Assembly: GCA_008632985.1 (NCBI GenBank)
Contig: QPGO01000023.1
Location: 279,266-343,265 of the forward strand
Length of the DNA stretch: 64,000 nt
Source: Psammoneis japonica
Taxonomy: Eukaryota
Reading direction: 5' to 3'
Shown here one piece after another: positions 27,283 through 39,453 of this stretch. Under the pieces are notes generated by a model, which was not told the DNA's origin, did no database searches, and saw only the letters and a program-made list of their open reading frames with translations. A program made the position numbers and the translations under genes. Numbering within the stretch: the stretch's first letter is position 1; each line of letters opens with the position of its first letter.

Positions 27283-28030
27283 TGGTTTGGGAGAATCAAT
27301 CACTGGGCGCATTGGAAAAACACCAAACACAGTTTCGCTCATACCGAATCTCGATTGGAGAATCAAATCTTGGAGCTCGTGCAAGAAACTGCTTGACGCT
27401 GTTTGTTGTTAGCGATATCGCTATGGACGAGGTTGCTGCCGTGTACCGTAGATATTATTGTGCGCGTTATGATGTGGCTACTCATGCTCGACCCGAAGGG
27501 AAAGCGGTCATTGAGTACCTTGGCAAGCGCCCAACAATTAAAAAGTCGAAATATAGTGAAAGGCGTCACCGCATCTTCTCGATTTGATGTCAAGAGGCGC
27601 TATTTATGAGAAAATGTCTGTCTCTGCGTTCGCGATGTACTGGAAGATGTAAACGTCAAGACGTCGTTATGAAATCGTTTCGCAACACGAGTATAATTTC
27701 ATGTGCCGTGTCGATGACGGGCATAGCAACAGCTTGTGCAGCAGCTTTGCAGGCTGTGGATGCAATGGCTGGAATCCATACAGGTGCGGCGCTTGTAGTC
27801 TTGAGCAATTGCGTTGTTTCTTACCGGAACGGAAATGCTGTGAAAGACTATCGCAGATCCTGGAGAGACAGAAGTGATAGATTAGACCTCGCATTGGAGG
27901 AAGTTTGTTCGAGGGAACTGCAACGTGCACAAAAAAGGGATCTTTCACTACGTTCAAGGCTTGATTAAAAACGCAGTGATGTCATGGCGCGTGTTTATGG
28001 TTGGAGGAGACGGAAACAGAACTTGCGACC
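27283..28030 (+). pseudogene. Longer degenerate fragment of the FZL/dynamin-like gene
   Basis: EGKAVIEYLGKRP..., then VVSYRNGNAVKDYRRSWRDRSDRLDLALEEVCSRELQR, which matches 9330-9450. Multiple frameshifts. Confidence 0.6.
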
Positions 28031-28195
28031 GTATGAGTAAGCAAGACGAAGCATTCAGAATAGTGCTTAGTAACTACTATTTATGGACCTCGTTCTATAA
28101 CTACGCAACATCAACACGGGATATCACATCGCAACGTGAGATTGAAAGTGTATAAGAACAACGCTCTTCAAAAACTAAATCAAGTGGCAGGCAGT

Positions 28196-29483
28196 TCATC
28201 TGGGAACCGCGGCGATGTAAACCTTGGTGGTACATTCAATGGTACACTTATCCACCGGGCAACAAGGAAGATCACGTCGACGGCGAGGCGAAGCACAATC
28301 GGCACAGAGACAAAGGTGTCCGCAAGGCATGATAATGTGGGAAATTGGCTTGTCCCAGCAGACAATGCACAGCCCCAATGATTCGGCTGTCAAACCCGTC
28401 TTGCTTTCTTCTACCTCTTTTTCCGCAATAGCGTCCTTGATTCTCCACAGGACATCCAAGGCTGGTTGGATCTTTTGCTGCAATCGCCAAGCAAGCTTGG
28501 GAGCGCGGGTTCGGTACATGTCGACGAGATAAACCACGGAAGCCGATTCAAAAAAGATCAGCAGGTAGTAGACATGACTCTTGTTCACCACAACAAACAA
28601 AGCCCACAGAATCGAGACAGATGTACACAATAAGGAATAAAAGGCTAAAAAGCAGAAGAGTCGCGTCACACGCTGCACTGGAGTCGGATCGGGTGCCAAG
28701 AGCTCCAGGACTTGTCGTCTTTCATCCTCGCGATCGCGATAAACATGTTCCCGAGAAGCACAGTCATGGGCTGTTCTTCCTTCTGCATTTCGGATATTCT
28801 TCGCAGAAGGACAAATCTCAACGAGCATCTCTACCCAAATAGGATCCAAGCTGGCAACAACAGCCTTTGTTCAGGGATAATACAAGAGCGTATGTTAGGA
28901 TTCAACAAACATACCGTTTTTTCCAGAGAACATACCGTTCCAACGAGAAGACACTTACGACATGAAGAGGGTGCACTGAATCTCCAAAGGACCCATCAGA
29001 ACTCGACTTTATCGCCACAGCTTCTGGATAAGTCATAAGTAAGTGCGCTACAGTCTCTCCTGCGGCCACTGTCGGGTGCTTTGCCAATCGATCAACAGCG
29101 TAGTGCAGGGGCAGATCTCCGGCATGATCAGATTTGATCTTTACCAAGTCGGGACAAATCTCCAATACAAGCTTAATGATATCAAGCGGAGCACCGTAGT
29201 GACACGCTAAGTGCAACGCCGTAAGTTTAGCCTGTCTACTTTCCGAGCTATCATGGAACGTGTACCTCTTATTCGCCACACTCTCTTTACCACGTGTCGT
29301 TGCAAGAATGTGCCTCACGTCAGACCATTTTTCTTTGATAATAGCGACTTTCAGCGACACGCTGCGAAACATGGGAGACATGTGTACGTTCTCTGGGAGC
29401 ACAAAGGGCTCGAGGCGTCTGCGACAAGAAGACGTGGTGGGCGATGGAACAAGCGGGCGGCCGTCCATCATTGCCTTGTTCAA
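28196..29483 (-). CDS. Ankyrin-repeat, two-TM, C3HC4 RING protein (putative E3 ligase), 2 exons
   Basis: LTALHLAC, GDLPLHYA, HPLHVAV and EGRTAHDCA; two hydrophobic helices; CIVCWDKPISHIIMPCGHLCLCADC..CPVD. Intron 28865-28958 (GTAAGT...AAG) joins both ORFs in frame. Confidence 0.85.
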
Positions 29484-30438
29484 CGCAAATCTGATGGCGA
29501 TTGGAGATCGAAGAAAAAAGGCAATGTGTTTTTCGTGAATTCAGCGGTTGCGTTTTCGAATCCTGATGTACATAAAAGTGATAGTAAATGTGAAAGCTAC
29601 TGTTGAGTGACGTTAGCGGTCACGTATGTCAGTTATGATATGTATACAACGTTAATAGTAGATTTGAATTTTGAAAATTTAGGGTGTGTGGCATCAAACG
29701 CAACGTGCGAAACAGAAAACAACAACCTTTGCGATGGTCAACGGTAAACGACCAATGACAACATTAGCCTTGATGTGACGGGATCGCCGATTGCAGTGGT
29801 GAAATCCCAAGTTTTGCAAGGAAAAGGAAAAGCGATCGATGTTCGAGCCAAGATTCACTTTCGTCATCATTCACGACTGGCGATGCCACGTATGCAGCGA
29901 AACACGTGTCGGGTGTCATAAGTTGACACCTATTTTCTTCTCTCGTGGACACTCCCGGCTTGGGAGGTCTGTAATTGGACGAGAAATGGGTATTGGGGAT
30001 TCGTTTTTGCGACGCCTAACATTTATAATTAAAATTGGCACTCATGCTGTAGACTAACCGCTGCTTGTTTTGTCTTCTGCCTTTCATGGGCTCTCATCAT
30101 GCATGCCGATAGATGGCGGCGCTGCGTCGGAACTTTTCGCTCTTTTCGTTGAGTTTCTTTTCGCCCGCGTCGTCCGCTCCGCCGCGAACGCCAACGGACG
30201 TCAAAGCCCTGATATCTTTCAATTTTATTCATAGTTGAGGATGAAGCAATTTTTCATAGTTTATTCAAGTGATAATAAAGAGAATGCGGCCGACTTCATG
30301 AGGTGCGCCTGCTCACAAAGTTGGCGGTCATGGCGACATCAACTACGATACCAACGAAAAAGAGATTGCACCCATCGTGATATACTGGGTATTCTGAGTT
30401 GCACACGATGCAATTCTATTATACCTCATACTACGGCC

Positions 30439-31263
30439 ATGTCTGATTGTACCCGTGCACGGGAGATACTTGAGCTCTTGAGAAAGCGCCGAGAATCACT
30501 GATCCTTCACATGGATAGCGGGTTCAGGCAAATCTCGAATCAGTTGCATTCAAATACCGAAAGCACAAAGGACGAGGAATCTTCAATATCAAGTACTCGA
30601 GCGGTAAAGGAAGGTGTGTACAATATTTCAACCGATCTCGACAAGTTGACGGAGAACCGACCCACCCTTGAGCCAATCGAACGAAACCTCAAAAACGTCG
30701 AAGCAAGAGGTTGCGACCATTCTTTGAACAAAGTCAAGCTCTTTGGGACGTGCTCTTTAAGCTCCATTGCCAGTGCGTCACCAACCGATGAAAGTTCGGA
30801 AATTTATGTCGCAATGGATGAACGGGCCTCCAGTGGAATCGAACAATACCTCAAAATCGACGAAGCAAGAAATCGTGGCCGCTTGTTGGACAAAGTCAAG
30901 CTTTTCGGGACGTGCTCGTTAAGCTCCATTGCCAGCGCGGCACCCACTGAGGAAAGTTCGGAAATTGATAATACGATGGATGACTGGGCCTCCAGTGAAA
31001 TCCAGCAAGATGTAAATGTTGACGAAACAAAAGATTGCGGCCACTCTTCGAACAAAGTTAAGTTTTTCGGTCAATGTTCTATTAGTTCCATTGGCAGTGC
31101 CGCACCGACCAAAGAAAGCTCCGACATTGATGAGGAATGTGACGATGAGATAATGAGCTTGAAAGCGAGTCGTAGTGTCTTGCTTTGCACATATTGCTAC
31201 GATGGAAGCTCCGCTGTTTCAAGAGGTGGGAAGAAATGCGCATTTGGAGAGATATGCGCGTAA
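30439..31263 (+). CDS. Hypothetical protein with three ~58-aa internal repeats
   Basis: Long ORF with NKVKLFGTCSLSSIASASPTDESSEI / DKVKLFGTCSLSSIASAAPTEESSEI / NKVKFFGQCSISSIGSAAPTKESSDI. The ATG at 30439 is my choice of start. Confidence 0.6.
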   Translation: MSDCTRAREILELLRKRRESLILHMDSGFRQISNQLHSNTESTKDEESSISSTRAVKEGVYNISTDLDKLTENRPTLEPIERNLKNVEARGCDHSLNKVKLFGTCSLSSIASASPTDESSEIYVAMDERASSGIEQYLKIDEARNRGRLLDKVKLFGTCSLSSIASAAPTEESSEIDNTMDDWASSEIQQDVNVDETKDCGHSSNKVKFFGQCSISSIGSAAPTKESSDIDEECDDEIMSLKASRSVLLCTYCYDGSSAVSRGGKKCAFGEICA

Positions 31264-31978
31264 GTGGTGGAAAGGTTGTAGAGTGTCGTGAATGAAGGGC
31301 TGCCATACTCTGCGACATAATGTGCATGGATCAACAGCAATACGAGCACGTTTGGCGTGCGTTTTCATAGCTATTGTCCGGGGAAAAATGTGTGATACGA
31401 ATCGTTTGCAGTATAGTGCAAGCTGTGAAGTAAACAACCCAATTTCAGCTAAGTTGACTAATTTTTAGTCTCTCTAACAGTGTAGTATATTTGAGTGTTT
31501 TTAATGAGGTTGGGTTGATATCTTTACCTTTCCGACGCTCTTGTCAGGCATGCACCACTGTTTGTCGCTTGCCACGGTATGGGCTACGAGTTTATTACGA
31601 GAGAGGCATACAGTACTTAGTGAGCTACGGTACGACGCACGATTCCAAATTCATCCCGACTGGTTAGCCGATCGATGCCGGTACTGATTTTCGACCCACT
31701 GTCATTTGCTTGCATTCAGCAGCGCTGCGAGCACGTGTAGCATGCATTCTAAGAGCTACATCGTTTGCAGTACCGGTATGGTGGAAGCACAAGCTACAGC
31801 TATTAATGAATTAAATTCCGTCTCAATGTCTATAGCACAGGTCGCCTGGTTTCTTTAGGGAGGCTAGAGAACGAAGGATTCACGGGCATGTTCTCCTACC
31901 CACTCCTCCGGCACAAACTAGGAGGGACCTAGACATAGCCGTCCTTCAAATTCACAGGTTCGAAAACTGATACTCTAT

Positions 31979-33243
31979 TCATCCCAGATGGTTACCCGAT
32001 CGATGTCGGTACTGGCTTTCGACCCATTGTACCAGTGGATGTCTTGGGTTGGGCACAAAATCTAATTCACAATCACCGTGATCGTCCATTGTTCCCATGT
32101 TACAAAAGGTAAAGGATATTCGGCCCGATCCAAGGTCTGGATCTTTTCTATTGAGCCAACCACGCAGCTCACTATCCCGGTGTATGGCATCTCGAAACAT
32201 ATCATTGGATAACACATATCCACCGCCACCGTGTCCTCGTGATTGTGCGCGGGCAACCTCTCTCTGAGCTATCAAAATGCAATAAGCATCGTCGTCGTCT
32301 CTCGGCGGGGCCGATACCAACAAGCCACGTTCCTTCAAGTCATTGAGTACTTCAAGCTGTGGTGTCAACATTAATGCATTGCCTATTGACAATAGAGTCC
32401 AAAAGAATGGGATGGGTGTATGCTGAAATTGAATTGAAAGGTCATACTTTAAGTTCTCAGAAACGCCAAACTGCCCAACATACCTTGTGAGGCATCACCT
32501 GGTCGAGGCTTGACTCGTAACCAAGGTGCTGGTATCACAACCAACACTCGTACCCCCTCGACTGCCAAAAAGTACTTTGCAGCAACTTGAATGCCTCGCG
32601 CGTCTGGCTCTTTTGAGGATTGCGCCATTTTCGTCAAGGAAGAACCGACAGACATGGCATCTGCGTATGCATACGCAATGTTGGCGCCATCCATAACCAC
32701 CAGGGGACCTTTGGTGCCGTGATCTTCGACTCCTTCCATTTTTTCCACATGTCTATAGTCCTCCTCCACGTAGTATTCATGAGATTGTTGCGTCTCGCCG
32801 ATCACGTAATGATGTGCTCCGGGTGTAGCCGCTGCATGAGATAGAGTTTCTCCAACTACAAGTCTATGCGCTCCAACGGTTGAAGCCACCGGGGAATGAC
32901 CATGATGAGCCGGTCCATGGTGTATGGAGTCAATCTCCATTTCTTCGTGCTCTTCCTCTGCAGAAACATTCTCGCTTTGTTCTTCTCCTCCGATAACCAG
33001 CCGTGTCGACAGAGAATACTTTTTCTTTTCCTTTTTCGTATGTAAGCCGGACGATGAGTATCCTGTTGCTCTCGCCGCTAGAGATGACGACGAGGAGGGA
33101 CCATGGTGATGAGCAGTGTGGTCGTTTTTTGCCGTCGGCATGTTGTGATGATGCATTGCGTGATCGCTCGTGCTGCTCGGGGTCGCCCCAGAATTCATCG
33201 TTATTGGCTTACCCTCCTCGACAAGACGTGGACGGGCCGACAT
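31979..33243 (-). CDS. Zc3h12a-like NYN/PIN ribonuclease, 2 exons
   Basis: VVMDGANIA, PPRDDDDAY, VLSNDMFRD and RISFTF carry the acidic catalytic pattern. Intron 32383-32483 (GTATGT...TAG) restores frame. His-rich N-terminus. Confidence 0.85.
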
Positions 33244-33500
33244 GATGATTGTTCATGCAAGTAAAGTAGTACAAGAATGGTTGACGCTGTTGCAACCTTA
33301 CTCTCAATGTTAATCGTCGGCGTGTTTCAACGACCCTCGACCCTCGACCCTTTGCGGGGCGCTATCGCTCGGTCGCTATCGGCGTGTGGCGTGTCTCTTT
33401 TCGCGCGATTGGATGCATGGGCACTTGACTCCGATGTGGCGGGGCGGCGATGATGCAGGACGCAAAGAGCAGAAGTGCTTCTTGTTTTCACAATGTTTAA

Positions 33501-35122
33501 TGTGGGAGACGGTCAAGGGATGGGTTTTTGGACATGTTGCGCTGACAACATTGCAATGACAGACAAAGAACATTTAGAAAACAAGAGGAAGAAAAGCACC
33601 TCTTTGCGCAATCACCTCTCCTGTGGTGCACACCACACACCAGCCAGACCCCTTGTTGGCTTTGTGCACGACATGCTGAGCAGCACAACAAGCGAGTGTG
33701 GTGACACATGGAGCCTTGCACTGGCAGGTGACATGGTTTGTTGCAACAGCAAGTTCAACACTGTTGGGTCACTTTTTTCTTTCAAGGCAATCTTCTTTCA
33801 GATGAGGGGGGGAGGGCGCGAGAGACTTGCGAGGTGACGAGATGAGCAGAGACTTTCTTGGCAGTCGTCTCCTCTCAATCTTTTTCTTGTGATTCACTGT
33901 CACAGCTCAGGATGCCCAGATTCATTGGCTGTGAGTGTGCATGGTTTGTTCAGTAACTTTTCACATCATGCTGATGAGAGAGTGTTTGGTTTTTGACAAA
34001 AGATTTTTTTGTGAGATTGAAGGTTTGCAAGGGCCAGAGGGGCATCATGTGATTCTCCCCATTGATGGAAGAGTGAGAGCCTTGTGCATCATCCATTTGA
34101 TGCAAGCTGAGGGTTGAATGGGCCATGCTCAAATCATGTTGAGTTGTGGGCAGGGTGCATGGCAAGCTTTTGTGCAAGAGATTCAGTCCATTGTCTCCAT
34201 CCTCAAACAGCCCTCTTTGTCTTGTTGTTGCAGCAGATCATGTCTTGGCCATGACAGTGCCCTCCTGGAGTGCTCTCCGTTGCACCTGTGCAGTGGGTGT
34301 GCAGGTGCATTTTTGAAATGAAACCTGCACACTGATGAGCACAGATGCAAGAAAGCCACACAGCCACTGTGCGACATTGGGGGGGAGTGATGGCTGGCAA
34401 TGGGAAAGCTCTGATTTTCTGACAAATGGCAATGCTGGTTGTCCACACAATGCTTTGGTTGTGACAAGAAGAATCCAGAGAGCCAAGGGGGCACTGGCAG
34501 AGGCAGGCTGTGAAATGACTCTTGACTTGCTGACCCACAGCACCATTGCTTGGAGCGCATGATGTGTTCCTCAGCATTTGAATTAACCTGCAAATGATTT
34601 GATCTAGAAATGAGCTGGTGGTGTGCAGCTAATGAGCTTTTGTCTCCAGTGCCATGCCAAAACAGCAGGATCATTTGACATTTTACATGCTGGCTTTTTC
34701 AGCCAAGCAAGAGCTCTTTTGAGTCAAAATGGCACCAAGTGCAACAAAGCCCTGCAATTGCATCAAGAAAAAGCACTTTCTCTGCATCTGTCCAAAGGCA
34801 GCAAGAAGAGCAGCACAGAAACAGCTGGAGTGGCATGCAGCCACACTGGCTTGGCACTTCAGCTCAAAGGCAATTGTGACAAGGCTCTGGAGCACCTTTG
34901 CAAGGTTGTTGCTGCCAAAGAAACAATTCTCCAGGTGAGAAAAACCATGTGGATGTGCTGCATTGAGCCGCAACAACCTTGGGACCATTCTCAAGGACAA
35001 GCAGGTGCATTGAAGGAGGCTGCTGCATGTGCTGACTTGGTTTGTCAAGGCACATGAAATGTTTGAGCAGCTCCATGGTGCAAGCCACCAAAGTGCTGTG
35101 ACCAGGAGCTGCAACAATGTTG
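33501..35122 (+). pseudogene. Tandem unit A (~1.75 kb) ending in a kinesin-light-chain-type TPR remnant; continues at 39324-39453 after the LINE
   Basis: KCNKALQLHQEKAL, ACSHTGLALQLKGNCDKALEHL and RSCNNV are TPR motifs with Y changed to C/H. Colinear with 39454-40919. Confidence 0.75.
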
Positions 35123-38100
35123 AAAGAAAGACAAAATTCCACATTTTAAGTGCTGCTCGAACTCCACTCGCCACTAGCTCCAAGCCGGCCCACACTCCCA
35201 GTGCACCGAAGTGCGGCAGAAGTGGTTGTGGATTAGCCGACCGTGGCGTCACGAGATTGTGACGCCCATCCAAAGCAGCTGAGAACAGTCCGAGTGCCGT
35301 GCACGGCAAGTCGTTTTGCCTCTCTCATGCTTGTTTTAAAAAGTGATTTGTTCGTAGCCAACCAGTTATGAATCTGATGAGTCGACTGGTTTAGATGCTC
35401 TTCAACCGTGTCGAATGAATGACGCCGATCCTTTGCCAAATGTTCATTCTGTTGTTCGTGTGTCAACCTGAGTTCAGCCTCAGCAAGTCTGCGCTGTGCA
35501 GACTTCCACGTTTCTTTGTCGTGTCCGTGAAGAGCCTCATTGTGGTCATCCCATAAAGCCCACCATTCTTTCCACACAAAAGAACCAATGCTGGTCGCCC
35601 AATCACTTCTGCGTTTGTCAGTGTCACCTTCATCTGACCTCACGCGACGCTCAAGTACGTGAAACCGTTGGAGCTCATTCCACAGATGCGAAAAACGACC
35701 GTTGAAAATCTGTCGCCATCCGACAGCCTGTTGCAAAGCAGCCACTTGGCGCACACGGGGATGAATCGAAGCAACATTGAGAACTTCCTCATTGAACCAC
35801 GCTTCCAATCCTTGTGACAACAGATCCATCAAAGGAGGCATCGCATCTAATTCGTCACAGCGCCGACGTAAGCCTTGTAAAAATTTCCGACGCCACTGTG
35901 CCTGTCTCGGGCACCGAAGGACATGGTCTGACAGTGGAGACAACAGTCCAATCGCGCAGGATTGTGTCGATGTGCAATCTCATTCGCAGGCAAAATGTCC
36001 TGAACCAATTTAACGGTTCCAACTCTGTGTTTGACATGACAATGCATTAAAGTTGCATGTGTCTTCCAGTCGACTTGGTTGAAGACCTCTTCAGACCAAG
36101 AGTGCTTTTGCTTCATGTGCTCAATTAGCGCAAGAGATGCTGCTGCGTGTCGAATCTGGCTCTTGAAATTGGATGCAACAGTTCCTTTCTCGAGAAGAAA
36201 ATTGGCAGCGCAATGAGGCAAGCGTGGCACAGTTTCAGTGTCACCAAAATGTTTGCCCTGGAATGCTCCAGCCAAGTGATCAGCCCGAACGTTCAACCGC
36301 GCATCAAGAGGAAGTCGGGAAAGCGGAGTGTGGCGATCCTGGTGTCCTTTAACCCATTCAACGGCAATGAAAGTGCCACTCTTGTCTTGCACCCGGCATT
36401 CCTGTAAATCAAGAAAAGCATGAAGAATTTCGTTCACGACATCCCAATCCGGAGATGATGTGTGCGAGACATGGTGACGAAGAAGGAAATCCGTTTGGCC
36501 ATCCAAGGAGCATTCCTCACACTCAACGGGAGGAGGGGTGTTGAGATTTTGGACTGTGTTCACGAGGGAGCCATTGTCACACACAGACAAAAAGCCTTGC
36601 AAGAAAACCGCATCGCAAAATTCCATCAGCCGAAGTGTGAATCGAGACACAGACAATGGACCACAAGCTTCCGCTCGGTACGAAGTAGGGCGTTTCCCAA
36701 AAACCGGTCCAGAACAATCAACCAAAACAACTCCTTCAATCGTGAGTGTCCAACCAAAGGTGGCAGACTCGTGTGTGACGGAGCCGTCGCTGCCCATTTT
36801 TCCAATCGCAGTGCGAAGGGCATCAGCAATCTCAAACACGGAGCGGTGTGGGGCAATAAAATCGAAGAGGGATGCCTCCCATTTTGGTGGAGAACCGAGG
36901 AATGACTCAAAGTCAGGTGCACTTGGAAGAGCAAGCGGAGTGTCAAATCCCACTCGCTGAAAGGAGATTGTCCAATGTCCAGTGTCGACAGAATCAACGG
37001 AGACAGGAACAGCAGTAGAAGAAGGATGGGGAACCACTTCCAACGCACTCACCAAGTCAGCGCTCATGTTGGATGCCGGAAAAATTTCAAAACCCGTGAT
37101 CGAATGTAAAGGAACTGTTCAGTTGAAGAGAAATGTGCCGATGCCTGCATCCGCATTTGGTCCACTGGGACCACCCAATCCCCCAAGGGCTCCCGTAAGT
37201 CGCAGGCATCTGAATTGCAGAAAAGAAGGCACGCGCGTCGCCATTGTTTCCAGGCGGCTGGGGACGGATTTTCCTGGTCAACGAAATTAATCTGGCAGGT
37301 GCTGCTGGCTGGGGATGGTTGTCCCAGCACTTTAGATTCATCGAGACTGAGGCCATCAGGAAGCGTAACATCAGAAAGCATGAGAACCTGAAGAAACAGA
37401 CGGCAATAATTTGCCAAGCATGCTTGACGATTGGTGAATGTTCCTGACTCCAGGACCGCATCCATAATGTGTTGGTCGTCATTGCACTGAAGGGGAAGAA
37501 CTCCACTCTGATCCAGTTCCATTCTGCCATTAATTCGAGAGAGGAAGGGCCGAAGTGACATTAGCCATTTTGATTCAGAGTGGGGAAGAACCGCAGTGAC
37601 GTCATTGAGACAACTAATTCCTGTGCCCAGATGAAGTTGTGTCCACGAGACGGCAATGCGCAACAGTAAATTCGGCTGACCGTCACCTCGCCAGTGCTTA
37701 AGAAATTGGAGAGCTTGAGCCAATCCTTGTTCCACATCTAGGGAGCAAAAACCACCGCCTCCCAACGAGTGAGGGCCGTGCAGAAGATCCCGTTTCGTGT
37801 TACGGTTGTAGCCACATTTGGCAAAAATGGCTCTCATGGCTTTCCGTTGGATCTCGAGAAGTTGCTTGGGCGGGAAATGAGTGTTCGGGAGAACGCAGGT
37901 AACAGACGGAAGACAGCTTGCATGATGATGAGTCCAGGCATCGCTGCGGGTCATCGGACAATTTCGAACAAGAGCACTCTTGGAGTCGCTCTTTTCTTTA
38001 AGCTTGGAGCATTGAGTCTTCTGGGTTCCAACCGGTGACTTGTGGTGTCCCAAGGTCTTATGAGCCGAATGAGCTGACAGCTGAGTGCTGCAACAGGAGG

Positions 38101-39300
38101 AGGATCTGTCCGCCGTGCACATTTCCAATTCGAATTCATCGTGACAAGGTTTCAGGTGCGGCTCACCATCGTCGGTGAAAAGCCACTCGATGGCGTGGAA
38201 CGAGCATTTCGGCAATTCCAGTTCGTGACCAGCAGCATTGAGAAGATCGCACCACAGTTGAGTGTCGTGCTGCAGCTTCAATGCAAGATTGGCAGCCGAG
38301 GGTTGAGGAGATGCCCGAAAATCGTTCACCTGGGTAGATGTGTCGTCAACGTAACCACGTGAGAACATGCAAAGCTGAGTGGAACGGTCGGGAGATTCAA
38401 AGAACGCTCCACACGCCTTCTGGTCAAACAAATCAAATGATGAATTGCAAATCTGGTTCCAACACTGGGGAGAATTGCCACTGCCTTGACCGCTGCCATA
38501 AATCGGAAACTCAGCAGTGTGAGAGCACGAATCCTGGGCAAGTCCTGTTTCCGTTCAAAGCCAGTGTCGAGCCTCGTGGAGGGTTTCCGTGGCAGACGCC
38601 GTGACCTGCTCATCCATGCCAAGGCTCCTGCTCTGAACAGCACACACAGCCGGAAGGTTCCGATCACAACACGAGGTGCAATCATTGTCTCCTGACATGA
38701 GAGTCTTCCGTCCAGTCCTTGATGTCTCAAGCATGAGTTCTTCCAAAAACACCGGATCATTCGCACATTTGAATGCTCTCGTGCCACAGATCCCTGGATT
38801 ACACAGTCGTTCCTGTTCCATGTGTTGTGCCAAAGCTCACCACTTGACACTGCAGATGAGTTGAAAATCCGCCTCATAGATGTGTGTAACACGCAATCGG
38901 TGAATCTTGGCATTTCCCGGTTCCTTGAAAATCATGACATTCACGATGTCTTTCCAGCGGTCGCAGGAATGTCCCCACTTCAAAGCGCAGTTCAGCAAGT
39001 TCAAACGGATGTGGGTGAGGTTAGTTTGGACTGCACCCAAGGCGTCCTTCTCAGGAGTGGGATCTCCGCTGTCAAGAAAGGAGTCAGAAAACGAGTGAGA
39101 GGCGCACATCGCTTTCCAATGACCAAGATGCATGCCGGACTTGACAGAAGCAGCAGTCGACTCAGTCCAGTTTTTGATCTTGGCTTCCAATTCGTTTGCC
39201 GAGACTTGGTCAGCAATCGAAACTGGGGAACGCCGTCGAAGATGTTGCACAAACAATGAGGTGGCTTCATTTAAGGAATGAGTTTCATGCTCTCCATCGA
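35123..39300 (-). mobile_element. 5'-truncated non-LTR retrotransposon (RT + RNase H, Ambal-like)
   Basis: KIHRLRVTHIYEADF, DNDCTSCCDR and GYVDD (RT); SDGS..FGW..SYRAEACG and WVKGHQD..LNVRADHLA (RNase H). Flanked by an exact 23-bp TSD gaccaggagctgcaacaatgttg at 35100-35122 and 39301-39323. Confidence 0.93.
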
Positions 39301-39453
39301 GACCAGGAGCTGCAACAATGTTGGTTTTGTGTTGTTCAAAATGGGGGATCACACATGGAGGATCCAGCTGCATGCCAAAAGGCATGTTTGCCACTCATGA
39401 ATCCACTGACCTCTCAACAAAGACCAGTGCTGCCCATGCACTGCAGATTCACT

